A stretch of DNA of 64,000 nt from an uncultured virus (IMG/VR IMGVR_UViG_3300005264_001596). Its lineage: Duplodnaviria; Heunggongvirae; Uroviricota; Caudoviricetes. This document shows, piece after piece, positions 10,809 through 20,992 of the stretch. Location of the stretch: the IMG/VR virus record IMGVR_UViG_3300005264_001596; one strand, 5' to 3'. A program made the position numbers and the translations under genes. Each line of letters opens with the position of its first letter. Within the stretch, counting starts at the first letter, position 1. The notes under the pieces are model-generated. The model was not told where the DNA came from. It ran no database searches and saw only the letters and a program-made list of their open reading frames with translations.

Positions 10809-10906
10809 ATTTGGATTTACTCTTTAACTAATTATTAGTAGATTACATACTTAATTGTATTTAATTTAAATAACGTTATTTTTATTAAAATGAGGAGGTA
10901 ACTAAA

Positions 10907-11806
10907 ATGTTACAGATGAAAAAGAAGCAAAGAAAGAGTTTAGACAAAATCGCAAAACATGTAGAAGTAATTTCAATTAATGATGTTGATGCAAAGAATA
11001 TCGTGGTGACTGAACAAGGCAAAACAATTATGGATACAATAAAACCTGGAGTTGAGGTTGAAGCATTATTTAGAGAACTTAATGATTTAGGAGACTCAGA
11101 TTTAAAGAAAAAGAAAAGAAAAGAAAAGAAGGAAAAGTTATTAAAGAAAATTGAAAAGAAATACAATAAACAATTAAATTCTTCTATTGAAGTTATGGTA
11201 TTATTATATACTATGGCTAAGAAATTTGAAGATGGTTCAATTGTGGTATTAAATACAAATGATCTTGAAGGATTTGAAGAAATTTGGGTTCCTATCTTTA
11301 CTTCATTTGCACAGAAGACATTAGGTTTCAAATTAAATGATGTTCTTGTGGTTGCTGATGAAATTAAAATGTATGATGGAAAGAAAAAGAAACTTGGTAA
11401 ATTTGCTAAAAAACAAGTTGAAGAAGTTACTTCAGACTTATCATCTAAATTCATTAAGAAAACATTTAAGAAATATTCTATCTTACTTGGTATTACTGGT
11501 ATGCAACAATTAGAAGCAATTTCTATCGCTTCTACTGGTAGAGTTACTATTAAGAAAGATGCTTCAGAAAAACTTAAGAGAAAGTTCTTAGTTTCAATTC
11601 TTAATAAAGCTAATGAAAATGATAAAGCTGTTAGAAAATTAATAAAAAATTCGCTTAAAGAAGGAAGAGTTAAAACTGACTCTGGCAAAACTATTAAGAC
11701 ATTCAAAAAGTTTATTAATAAAGCTGACAAAGAATCATTAATTAAACTTATTGTTGATCTTTATATTACACAGTATATCAAAAAAGATGATGACGATAAA
11801 AAATAA
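10907..11806 (+). CDS. hypothetical very Lys-rich protein (possible nucleic-acid binding)
   Basis: GAGGAGG RBS; long K/R tracts; terminator at 11814-11834. Confidence 0.65.
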   Translation: MLQMKKKQRKSLDKIAKHVEVISINDVDAKNIVVTEQGKTIMDTIKPGVEVEALFRELNDLGDSDLKKKKRKEKKEKLLKKIEKKYNKQLNSSIEVMVLLYTMAKKFEDGSIVVLNTNDLEGFEEIWVPIFTSFAQKTLGFKLNDVLVVADEIKMYDGKKKKLGKFAKKQVEEVTSDLSSKFIKKTFKKYSILLGITGMQQLEAISIASTGRVTIKKDASEKLKRKFLVSILNKANENDKAVRKLIKNSLKEGRVKTDSGKTIKTFKKFINKADKESLIKLIVDLYITQYIKKDDDDKK

Positions 11807-11868
11807 TATTTAGAGAGCTGGATTTTCCAGCTCTTTTATTTTTTGATAAATAAAGGAGGTTATGTATT

Positions 11869-12633
11869 ATGTCATTATATGAAAAAGATAAATACTTAGC
11901 CAATATAGATTATTTAATTTCATCAAAGATCCGAGAATATGATATGAGAGAAGCTGGTTTTAATTTAATTAAAGAATATAATCTTTTATCTGATAAAAAA
12001 ATAAAATATTTATCATCATTAGATAAGAAACAACGAACAATTCAAATTGGAATTTATATGAGAGATGACCAAAAATTTAATAAAGATTTAACATCATCAT
12101 TTAAAAAAGCTAGAAAGATATTCTTTGAAATGAATAACATTGAAGATAACGAAGTTCTTTCTATTAAAAAAGATGCAGTATTCCTTATCAATAAGACTGC
12201 AATTACTACTGTTATAGGAAAGTATATTGAGTTTAGAAACAAAAATACATATACCTCTTATCATTATATTAATGGGTATGAATTTTACTATAATAAAGAT
12301 ATTATAGATGTAAAAGGAATTTCAGATAGTACTGTTAAAAAACATTCTGAAGGATTTCTTATATTTCTAAATAGAATAATGAAGTTAATTGAAGATAATG
12401 ATAGTTATAGAACTTTTGATTATTTAAAAAAATTTGTTAGAGATTATAAACAATTTAATTTAAATACACAATACTATAAAGAATTTAATAATAAATCATT
12501 ATTTGCTATAAATAAACCAAATAGTAAATGTATTTTCTATTCTGATACTTTAAATAAAGCTGATATAAAATATACTAATATCGGATATAACTATAGTAAT
12601 TATATTCTTTATTTTATACAAAATTTTATGTGA
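11869..12633 (+). CDS. divergent family-B DNA polymerase-like palm fragment
   Basis: IREYDMREAG (motif A-like) and LSIKKDAVF (motif C-like) in only 254 aa. Confidence 0.45.
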   Translation: MSLYEKDKYLANIDYLISSKIREYDMREAGFNLIKEYNLLSDKKIKYLSSLDKKQRTIQIGIYMRDDQKFNKDLTSSFKKARKIFFEMNNIEDNEVLSIKKDAVFLINKTAITTVIGKYIEFRNKNTYTSYHYINGYEFYYNKDIIDVKGISDSTVKKHSEGFLIFLNRIMKLIEDNDSYRTFDYLKKFVRDYKQFNLNTQYYKEFNNKSLFAINKPNSKCIFYSDTLNKADIKYTNIGYNYSNYILYFIQNFM

Positions 12634-12644
12634 TACAAAGAAAT

Positions 12645-12666
12645 GAGTAGGGTATTAACCCTACTC
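12645..12666. terminator. bidirectional terminator between convergent genes
   Basis: GAGTAGGGT/ACCCTACTC stem. Confidence 0.75.
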
Positions 12667-12674
12667 TTATTTTT

Positions 12675-13118
12675 TTATTCTTGTCTATATATTTTAGTCA
12701 CATCAATTTTATTTATATAATTATTAAATTCAGATATAATTTGATCTGCTAAATATTTATTAAATATAATATATTTGTTAAATATATCCTGTGTTGTTGG
12801 ACTTAATGTATAAAATACTTGCTCTGATGAATTTTCTATAATAGATTGAATAAATTCATTATCGATTATTAAATCACTTTTTCCTTTTTGACCTATTACT
12901 TTATTAATATAGTTCTTTGTTGAAACTGAAATAATAGCATCTATTATTGCTTTAGATGTTTGAAACTCTGCTAAATCATATTTATTTTTTTCACTTGTTT
13001 TCATATTATGAATTGATTTTTTTAAATCCTTATTCTCTTTTGACATTTTTTTCATAATATTATATAAAACCATACCTAATACAAAAAATAATGCAGATGT
13101 AAGTTGATAAGTTTCCAT
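12675..13118 (-). CDS. hypothetical membrane-anchored protein
   Basis: Start at 13118 after AGGAGG; N-terminal TM segment (LTSALFFVLGMVLY). Confidence 0.6.
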   Translation of the reverse strand: METYQLTSALFFVLGMVLYNIMKKMSKENKDLKKSIHNMKTSEKNKYDLAEFQTSKAIIDAIISVSTKNYINKVIGQKGKSDLIIDNEFIQSIIENSSEQVFYTLSPTTQDIFNKYIIFNKYLADQIISEFNNYINKIDVTKIYRQE

Positions 13119-13128
13119 TTGTAACCTC

Positions 13129-13803
13129 CTAATAAAATTTATTGTTATACTTTGAAATACTATTGATATGTTTGAATGTTTGTAATAATCCATTATCTGT
13201 AGATTCATTTTCTCTAGATAATTCTACATATTTTACCATTGTATGAATATTTTCATCTCTGATACCCTTATAGAATGTAGATAAAAAATTATTAATTTTA
13301 CCAAATGATTGCTTAAGATTAATAAATATATTTCCATCATGAAATGCTTGATGTGCAGTTTTAGATAACATTACTATTTGTATATTATTAAGTTCATGTT
13401 GTTCTAATACAATATCAGCTACAATGAAAGTTGTTAATGGATATCCTTCTTCTAATAGATGATTAACCACAATTGATGTAATATCCCATAAAGTAAATAA
13501 AGGACCATGATGCATTTCTATATCTGCCATAGTATCATCTATTTTAGAATAGAATGTACAATGGTCTAAACCATTTTCTTTTAAATGTGATATATAGTTT
13601 TTATATCTTAGATCTTGTCTAATAGTTTTTAAACAACCTTTAATAAATTTACTAAAATCTTCAAATGATATTAATTCATCTTTTGTTTTATAAAATGAAA
13701 GTTCATCATCTGTGTATAACGCTTTAATTTTTGGTCTATCATTTGAATTTGTTCTTACATCAAATCCTTTTTTATCTATTTTTTTAAATGATATTCCACC
13801 CAT
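13129..13803 (-). CDS. HNH-like (treble-clef) nuclease-domain protein
   Basis: IEMHHGP...VMLSKTAHQAFH. Confidence 0.5.
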   Translation of the reverse strand: MGGISFKKIDKKGFDVRTNSNDRPKIKALYTDDELSFYKTKDELISFEDFSKFIKGCLKTIRQDLRYKNYISHLKENGLDHCTFYSKIDDTMADIEMHHGPLFTLWDITSIVVNHLLEEGYPLTTFIVADIVLEQHELNNIQIVMLSKTAHQAFHDGNIFINLKQSFGKINNFLSTFYKGIRDENIHTMVKYVELSRENESTDNGLLQTFKHINSISKYNNKFY

Positions 13804-13893
13804 ATCACCAACTCCTTTTTTATTATTAATATTTGTCAGACATTATTATATATACGTACATATTTATATATTAATGTTGGGAGGTAAAAATAT

Positions 13894-16101
13894 ATGAGTG
13901 AAGTTATAGATCCAATCATTGATGATTTAAAATCTATTATTGAAGGATTGGTAGTAAAAAAACAACATGTTGCAATTCAGAATGAAACAATATTATCAAA
14001 ATTAAATTTTGATTATTATTACTTAGCATATTTTGATGTTGATACATTTGAATCATATGCTAAATTTGATATTGATATTTTAGAAAATATGGGATATTCG
14101 GAAGATGAAATAATCACATATAGAGAATCAAAATATAATATACCAGTAATTGATAGGGAAGCTATAATGCAATTACAAGCACAGAAGAATCTTGATACAT
14201 TTGAAGAAACTAATAATTATTATAGATCTTTAATAGGTTTACCTGATATGGATGATTTTGATTTATATATTAAAAATGTAGAAAATGTTAGTTCAACAAC
14301 ACCAGTACATGAGTTATCTGCATCGGAAATATACATTGCTAATGTAGCAGGTGCTATAGATATTTTAAAAAATGAATATCCTGATAAAAAATATCTTAAT
14401 TTTCTCGGATTTAATAAATTAGATTTATTTAATATTAGAAATGCAACAAGATGGGATATTTTAAAAACTGGTACTGCTAAAAATAATGAATATATAAAAT
14501 TATTTAAAAAGAATTATAGATTATCAAGAGATTTTGTTATTGATAGTTTTTATGATGCATCACGTTCAGTTGGAGAATATGAAAATTTTATAGGTTTTAT
14601 GATTTTAGTAAATGCTTTTAATATGTGTATGGCTGAATTCCATGATATAATGATTAATAAAAAATATTCTGATGATTTACTATTACATTTAAATTTACAA
14701 TCTTATAATTATTTTGATGAATTTAAAGGATTTCCTTTAAACTATAAAAAGAGAATATCAGATAATATAGTTAATTTAATTAGAAATAAAGGATCTGATG
14801 ATATTTATAAAATTATCGCATCTGATATATTTGGTTTATATGATTTAGATATTTTTAAAGTAAAAATTGTTAAAGAACATAAAAGAGATACTTTAGGTAA
14901 CCCTGTATTTCCTGTTATAAATCAATTATCTGATTATGAAGATAAATTTAATTTATTCTTTTTAAAGATAAATTCAGATAAAGATATATCAGTAATTAGT
15001 GATGTTAGGGATATTACTAATACAATTACTTATGAAGAATTAACAAATTCTGATCCATATTGGGGAAGAACTACAGAGGAAGAAGATGAAATTAAAACTG
15101 TCCTATATACAAAAAATAAAAATATCTTTAATAGTAAATATATAAAAATAAATAATGCATATGATTTATCTGCATTAAATTTTGAAATGTCATATGTATT
15201 AAATTTCTTATTTTCTATAAAAGATAAAATTGATGATATAGAAATATATGTAGGTGATACATTAAATAATCAGAAAATATTTAATGTATTAATTTTATTA
15301 TTTGCAACATTATCAAGATATGCTGATATACCTGGAAATATTATAACTGACGTTGAAAGTATATCAACTATAAAAAGATTCAATGTAGAATATTCAGAGC
15401 AAGATTTACAAGATTTATATACAAAATATAGAAATCATAATCTAGATATATCTAAAGTAAAATTAAATAGATTTGATGATAATGAAAATGTAATACAAAG
15501 TGATATAGTAAATGCTTTTTACGAAAATAAAGAACTATATGATTACTTAATAGAAACTATGAATAATAGTGATGATTTAGATACCGTATTATTATGCTCA
15601 AGTGTATTAGATTTATTTTTTACATCAAAACAAATGTCTAATATATTTAAAAAATTTGATAATACTGTAGCTACAACTTATATGGATTATTTACATTCAG
15701 AAGCACCAGAACTTGAAGCATTTCTTGTATCATATGCAGATGAATATTTAATGGATCTTATTACGAATTTATGGTCAATTTTAGAAAATTCTATAGATTC
15801 TCAAAATAGATTAAAAAATACATTTTTAAATATGCCTTCAGGTTCTACAAATATAATATTTAATTATTTATTAAAGACACTAAATGTATTTAAAGATAGG
15901 TTTATAACAATTGCAAATATCACATCAACATATAAATTTGATGAGGATAATATAAAAATAGTGGATAATTTTTCAATATATTTAGAATCTGTATATAATG
16001 AAACTGATTACACTGATGTTAATTTATCAGTTAATGTTGTATCATTTGAAAATAATGTTACATCAATATATGATGAAATAATAATAGAAACAATAACATA
16101 A
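13894..16101 (+). CDS. putative virion structural (baseplate-type) protein
   Basis: 735 aa; LIRNKGS..I..I....FG pattern resembles baseplate wedge proteins; late-type upstream context. Confidence 0.45.
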   Translation: MSEVIDPIIDDLKSIIEGLVVKKQHVAIQNETILSKLNFDYYYLAYFDVDTFESYAKFDIDILENMGYSEDEIITYRESKYNIPVIDREAIMQLQAQKNLDTFEETNNYYRSLIGLPDMDDFDLYIKNVENVSSTTPVHELSASEIYIANVAGAIDILKNEYPDKKYLNFLGFNKLDLFNIRNATRWDILKTGTAKNNEYIKLFKKNYRLSRDFVIDSFYDASRSVGEYENFIGFMILVNAFNMCMAEFHDIMINKKYSDDLLLHLNLQSYNYFDEFKGFPLNYKKRISDNIVNLIRNKGSDDIYKIIASDIFGLYDLDIFKVKIVKEHKRDTLGNPVFPVINQLSDYEDKFNLFFLKINSDKDISVISDVRDITNTITYEELTNSDPYWGRTTEEEDEIKTVLYTKNKNIFNSKYIKINNAYDLSALNFEMSYVLNFLFSIKDKIDDIEIYVGDTLNNQKIFNVLILLFATLSRYADIPGNIITDVESISTIKRFNVEYSEQDLQDLYTKYRNHNLDISKVKLNRFDDNENVIQSDIVNAFYENKELYDYLIETMNNSDDLDTVLLCSSVLDLFFTSKQMSNIFKKFDNTVATTYMDYLHSEAPELEAFLVSYADEYLMDLITNLWSILENSIDSQNRLKNTFLNMPSGSTNIIFNYLLKTLNVFKDRFITIANITSTYKFDEDNIKIVDNFSIYLESVYNETDYTDVNLSVNVVSFENNVTSIYDEIIIETIT

Positions 16102-16117
16102 AGGAGGATAACAAAAT

Positions 16118-16936
16118 ATGAAAAATGAAAAAATGGGAATTGTAGATATAGTTGCTACAATTGATGGAAAAATATTAAGTCAAAATAATTCAAATAACAA
16201 GGTAAAAGGTTTAATTAAAAGTAAAGTTTTTAATTCTAATGGTAATCAGATATTTGAAGGATTAAACGAGAATAAATTATTATTACAAGGTGGTAATTTA
16301 TTTTTAGAGAAAATGACAGGAGTTCGCTCATTATTTAATCCACAAACATTAAATAATATAATAGGAATAAATGATACTGTTCCAGATGTATCTAATCTTT
16401 CTGCGGAAAAATTTATGGGATTTGTTATTGGATTATCAAATAACTCAGGATATTATGGAGATAAGCCTGTTGTAAATGAAGCAGATAGAAATTTATTTAC
16501 ATTATTACCTTTTAGAATTACTGATAGTGCATTAAATAGTCCAGATAAAGATCCATATTTACTTTATTTAGATAATAGTGGTACTGATGGAAAACATTAT
16601 TATTATGGAAAAAGATTTGAATCAGGTCCAGACATTAAAGTTGTTTATGAGGACGGTTCAGAAGTTCCAAACGACGTTGTTGAACCATCTCAAAAAATTC
16701 TTAAATATATTGAATGGACTATTAAAATAGATACAATGGATTTAGAAGAATACTTTACAATAAATCCAGATTCATTAGGACGAAGAGTATCTTCAATAGG
16801 TCTTATATCAGGATTTCCATCAGGTCAATATGAAATACATCATGCACAATTAACAACTAAAGCAAATATTGATCAATTGCCTTTAGCTGAAACTGGTTCA
16901 ACTGCATTACTTAGATATAGAGTTTATATAGTGTAA
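16118..16936 (+). CDS. putative virion structural protein
   Basis: Same operon as 13894; ENKLLLQG...YYGKRF...LRYRVY tail/baseplate-like pattern. Confidence 0.45.
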   Translation: MKNEKMGIVDIVATIDGKILSQNNSNNKVKGLIKSKVFNSNGNQIFEGLNENKLLLQGGNLFLEKMTGVRSLFNPQTLNNIIGINDTVPDVSNLSAEKFMGFVIGLSNNSGYYGDKPVVNEADRNLFTLLPFRITDSALNSPDKDPYLLYLDNSGTDGKHYYYGKRFESGPDIKVVYEDGSEVPNDVVEPSQKILKYIEWTIKIDTMDLEEYFTINPDSLGRRVSSIGLISGFPSGQYEIHHAQLTTKANIDQLPLAETGSTALLRYRVYIV

Positions 16937-16945
16937 GGACGTGAT

Positions 16946-18154
16946 TTGATGAAAGAGATAAAACGAAATTCTGATTTACTTAAGCTTATTAGATTAGATC
17001 CACACGAATTAACTATAAGTTTAATTAAAGAATTAATAACAAGTAAATTAGTAAACGGAGAAGTGGTTGAACCTAAATATAATTTATCTGATTTTTTCTT
17101 ATTAAAGAAAAATGATTGTTGTAATAATACAAAAGATGTTATAACCTCTATAGGAATTTTAATAATGAATAAATGGTTTATTGAACCTTATCTATCTGAC
17201 TTAATAAAATATCAAAATAAAAGATTTGATAAGAAAATGTTTAAAATATTGGATAATATTGTATCATCCAATTTTCTTAACGGTAAATTAGAGTTTGAAG
17301 CTTATGAATATCATCTTAATGCCTCACAAACACAAGGTCAATTAGGTGAAATTGTATCACCATCATATTCAACAGGAACTCTAACATTACCACCAAAATC
17401 AGCAAAATTAAAAAAAGACCTTATTAAAGAAAATAAGAAAGCTTTAGATAATGGTAATGTAACGGTTTCTAATATGATTAGAGATAAAGTTATTGATTCT
17501 GTGAAAGAAGAATTAAAAGACGATCCAGGATTAGATAATTATACGTCTGGATCTAAAGCATCTTTCAATAGCACTTATGCTGTAATGAACATTATGCAAG
17601 GTGCAGTTGAAAAATCTGACGGTGATGGTTATAAAATTATAACTAATTCTTATGATGAAGGAATTAAAAAGGAAGATTATGTTGCATTAGCAAACTCTGC
17701 AGTTACTGGAATCAAATCTAGAGCTTTAGATGTTGCTGTTGGTGGAACTATACAAAGAAAAATTATGTCAATGACACAAGAATCAGTATTTGCAGGTGAG
17801 AATACTGATTGTGGAACAGAAAAAACAATTAGCATTGTATTAAGAAAACCTTCTGATTATTTATATCGAAATATAAAGGTTGGAGATAAAGTAGTAAATT
17901 TAACTCCAGATATTATAAAAAAATATGAAGGAAAAACTGTTAATATGTATTCTCCAATATTTTGTAAATCACCAGAACCTACATTTTGTGAAAAATGTAC
18001 TGGTAGACATCCAGCTATAATGGATATTAAAAAAATTGGATTATTAGCTCAAGGTGCAGGTTCTGCATTACTAAATTCTAATTTAAAAGCTTTTCACGAT
18101 TCATCAGTTGTAACAAATAAAATTGATCCTAAAAAATTATTATTAGATGAGTAG
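16946..18154 (+). CDS. rpoC: RNA polymerase beta' subunit, C-terminal part (probably virion RNAP)
   Basis: SGSKAS (SGARG), ITNSYDEG (SNFREGL), bridge helix A...GIKSRALDVAVGG, DCGT, YSPIFC...FCEKCTG; lies in a structural operon. Confidence 0.85.
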   Translation: MMKEIKRNSDLLKLIRLDPHELTISLIKELITSKLVNGEVVEPKYNLSDFFLLKKNDCCNNTKDVITSIGILIMNKWFIEPYLSDLIKYQNKRFDKKMFKILDNIVSSNFLNGKLEFEAYEYHLNASQTQGQLGEIVSPSYSTGTLTLPPKSAKLKKDLIKENKKALDNGNVTVSNMIRDKVIDSVKEELKDDPGLDNYTSGSKASFNSTYAVMNIMQGAVEKSDGDGYKIITNSYDEGIKKEDYVALANSAVTGIKSRALDVAVGGTIQRKIMSMTQESVFAGENTDCGTEKTISIVLRKPSDYLYRNIKVGDKVVNLTPDIIKKYEGKTVNMYSPIFCKSPEPTFCEKCTGRHPAIMDIKKIGLLAQGAGSALLNSNLKAFHDSSVVTNKIDPKKLLLDE

Positions 18155-18167
18155 AAATACTCATCTA
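18144..18167 (+). terminator. intrinsic terminator overlapping the rpoC stop codon
   Basis: TAGATGAGTA/TACTCATCTA stem followed by a T-run. Confidence 0.75.
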
Positions 18168-18238
18168 GTTTTTTTCTATATTATTATAAGTATATATAAT
18201 AATATTGATATAATAAGATAGAAATAGGAGGAAATAAA

Positions 18239-18313
18239 ATGAAATTTAAATATTATCAAAATGTATATGTAAAAGGACAATATAATAGAAAAGAGGGGGT
18301 CCAATATGTTTAA
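18239..18313 (+). CDS. 24-aa small ORF
   Basis: Early motif at 18187, AGGAGG RBS, MKFKYYQNVYVKGQYNRKEGVQYV; overlaps the next start. Confidence 0.45.
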   Translation: MKFKYYQNVYVKGQYNRKEGVQYV

Positions 18314-19004
18314 AAAATTAAAAATAAAAAAGCTAATATCTAATAACAATCAAATTAATAAAGAAGATTACAGTAGCATTATCAATAATAAATATCTTGA
18401 TGAATTTATTAAACGATATAATTTCAGAGTTATTTATATGGATTCAAATTATGATAAATTACCTATTGATGTATTTATCGGTAATAAAGATGATAGTCAT
18501 AAAAAAATGTTTGAGAATGTTTATAATGAAGAAACATTTAATGAATATCTTTTTAATCCTATTTTTACTAAACGTATTTATCAGGATGAATATATTCAAG
18601 AAATTATACATTCACTTAGTTCTAATAAATTTGTAATACGTTTATCACCTCAAATGTTAAATCAAACATTTATTGAATTATATGAAAATGATAAAATTAA
18701 TAAATTATACAGTAATACCAATAATATTACAATAGTTATTGCTTTTATTATAACTATAATATTATTAATAAATTATATGAAAGAACAGATTACGGAATAT
18801 GAAATAAAAGGAATGAAGAATAATGCTAATTTAGAATTATATTTAAAAGATTTTAAAAATTATATTATTTCACAATTACGTTATATTTTTAAAAATGATG
18901 AATTTCCACATGATGTATCCTATAAAGAAATAGAAGATTATACTATTGATTTATCTGATTATTTATTTACAAATAAAATTATTGATTTAAGTAATGAAAT
19001 ATAA
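18306..19004 (+). CDS. hypothetical protein with one hydrophobic segment
   Basis: GAGGGG RBS; IVIAFIITIILLI. Confidence 0.6.
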   Translation: MFKKLKIKKLISNNNQINKEDYSSIINNKYLDEFIKRYNFRVIYMDSNYDKLPIDVFIGNKDDSHKKMFENVYNEETFNEYLFNPIFTKRIYQDEYIQEIIHSLSSNKFVIRLSPQMLNQTFIELYENDKINKLYSNTNNITIVIAFIITIILLINYMKEQITEYEIKGMKNNANLELYLKDFKNYIISQLRYIFKNDEFPHDVSYKEIEDYTIDLSDYLFTNKIIDLSNEI

Positions 19005-19028
19005 TTTAAGAAATGGAGTGTATAAAAA

Positions 19029-20576
19029 ATGTATAAAGTATCTAAAATGAAAGACAACAGTTTTTTAGAATCAATTGTAAAAGATTTTAAATTAGACAAT
19101 GAGTTTTCAACTCCTAGAATTAAATCTGTTAAATTAAAAAAAATAAATATTGATGAGCATGCTGAAAAATTAAAAGAAAAATATATAGGTTTTGATGTAG
19201 ATTCTTTGGATATAAAAAATATTGATAATGAGAAAGGTTTGTATTCTACTAAATTTGGTATTAGTGGTTTTGGGAAAAGAAAAAATAAAAGTATTTCAGC
19301 ATATACCTGTTTATGTGGTAATTTAACAGGTGAAATACATCAAGGTGAAATTTGTGATATATGTGAATCAAAAGTTACAAATAATTCTGATTTACGAAAA
19401 ACAGGAGTAATAAAATTAAATGAAGCTATTATATCACCTGCTTGTTTTTCTGACTTTGAAGGTCTTATTGGTAAAACTGAGTTTGCTAAAATAATTAAAT
19501 TTGATGATGTATATAATGTGAATGGTCAGTTAGTACAGAAAGATAAAAAAAATCCATTTCATGGAATAGGTTTAACAAATTTTATTGATAACTATGAAGA
19601 GGTTATAGAATATTATTTAAAAAAGAAAAAGAATAGAAAAGAATATTATTATATAATTAAAGATAATGAAGATGCATTATTTACAAACTCTATTTTAGTT
19701 TATTCCTATTTGTTAAGACCTAATATTGAAAGTAGAGAATCTGATACAATAAATCATAGTAGACGATTATTTAAATCAAATAAAAATTATGAGACTATAT
19801 TAAAATCAATAAAAGAATTAGAAACTATTAGTAATATTTATGGTATGAGAAAAATTCATGAAGTTTTATTATTAGATATTCAAAAAGCTTATAATGAAAT
19901 ATATGATTATTTAGTTAAAGAATGGAAAGGTAAAAAAGGATTATTCAGAGGTCAAATGACATCTACACAATTAGATTATACTGCTAGAATGGTTATAACA
20001 CCTGATAATACTCTTAGTGTTGATGAAGTTAGTATGCCATATATAGTATTATTAAAATTCTTTGATTTACAAATATTATCTATACTACAACAAACAGATA
20101 ATATTTCATTAGCAGAAGCCCAAGATATATTATTTAAAGCTAGTATAAATTATGATAATAGAATTAAATTAATAATTGATCATATTATAGAAAACTCAGA
20201 ATATCACCCTAGAGTATTAGTCAATAGACCACCTTCACTTAATCCTGAATCTATACGTCTATGTAAGATTATACCTAAAGGTGACATAGAAGATTTAACA
20301 ATGGGCATACCTACAGCTACACTTTCAGGGTTTGCTGGAGATTATGATGGAGATTCATTACTTGCAATAATGATTCATTTTAAATCATTGATGGATGCAT
20401 TTAAAATATTAGATCCTTCACATCAATTAATCAGTAGAGTTACTGGAATGTATTCACATGATTATTTATTTATTAAAGATATGGCTGTTGGATTAACTAT
20501 GTTTTATGAAAATTCAAAAGGTATTGAATATTATAAAAATCATATGGATGAAATTGTTGATGATGAAATGTATTAA
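19029..20576 (+). CDS. rpoC: RNA polymerase beta' subunit, N-terminal part with catalytic motif (probably non-virion RNAP)
   Basis: Zn finger CLCG...CDIC, GKKGLFRG, DYTARMVITP, VNRPPSL, catalytic AGDYDGD. Confidence 0.9.
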   Translation: MYKVSKMKDNSFLESIVKDFKLDNEFSTPRIKSVKLKKINIDEHAEKLKEKYIGFDVDSLDIKNIDNEKGLYSTKFGISGFGKRKNKSISAYTCLCGNLTGEIHQGEICDICESKVTNNSDLRKTGVIKLNEAIISPACFSDFEGLIGKTEFAKIIKFDDVYNVNGQLVQKDKKNPFHGIGLTNFIDNYEEVIEYYLKKKKNRKEYYYIIKDNEDALFTNSILVYSYLLRPNIESRESDTINHSRRLFKSNKNYETILKSIKELETISNIYGMRKIHEVLLLDIQKAYNEIYDYLVKEWKGKKGLFRGQMTSTQLDYTARMVITPDNTLSVDEVSMPYIVLLKFFDLQILSILQQTDNISLAEAQDILFKASINYDNRIKLIIDHIIENSEYHPRVLVNRPPSLNPESIRLCKIIPKGDIEDLTMGIPTATLSGFAGDYDGDSLLAIMIHFKSLMDAFKILDPSHQLISRVTGMYSHDYLFIKDMAVGLTMFYENSKGIEYYKNHMDEIVDDEMY

Positions 20577-20627
20577 AGATAGCTTAGGCTATCTTTTTTT
20601 TATTTATGTATTATAAGGGAGAAAAAA

Positions 20628-20957
20628 ATGATAATAATAATAATACTTTATATTTTAATTATTGGATTAATAATAGATTATATAATTTACAAGTATATAA
20701 CTAAAAAATATTTAGATGAAATTGAATATGAATTAAGAGAAGTATATTTTCACTTAAAGGCATTGAGTGAATTAAATGATTCTTACGGTGATGAATTAAC
20801 AAAATTAAATGAAAAGAATAATTTAGAGATTGGTTCCTATTTTGAAAATAATAGGTCTTTTACACACATATTACCAAAACAAAAAACATTTAAAATGCTA
20901 ATTACAAATAATATGTTAAATGTTTTAACTGATATTAGTATGAAATTAAGAGAATAA
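20628..20957 (+). CDS. hypothetical membrane protein
   Basis: Highly hydrophobic N-terminus. Confidence 0.55.
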   Translation: MIIIIILYILIIGLIIDYIIYKYITKKYLDEIEYELREVYFHLKALSELNDSYGDELTKLNEKNNLEIGSYFENNRSFTHILPKQKTFKMLITNNMLNVLTDISMKLRE

Positions 20958-20992
20958 CTATAAACAATTAATAAATATAGGAGGCAAGTACA

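Noticed and set aside
10885..11730. 281-aa minus-strand ORF
   Set aside because: Antisense shadow of the Lys-rich plus-strand gene; F/L/S-rich with no RBS
17342..17353. LG-EI site (TTAGGTGAAATT) in the beta' C gene resembling the intron target
   Set aside because: No intron is present and the match is short enough to arise by chance
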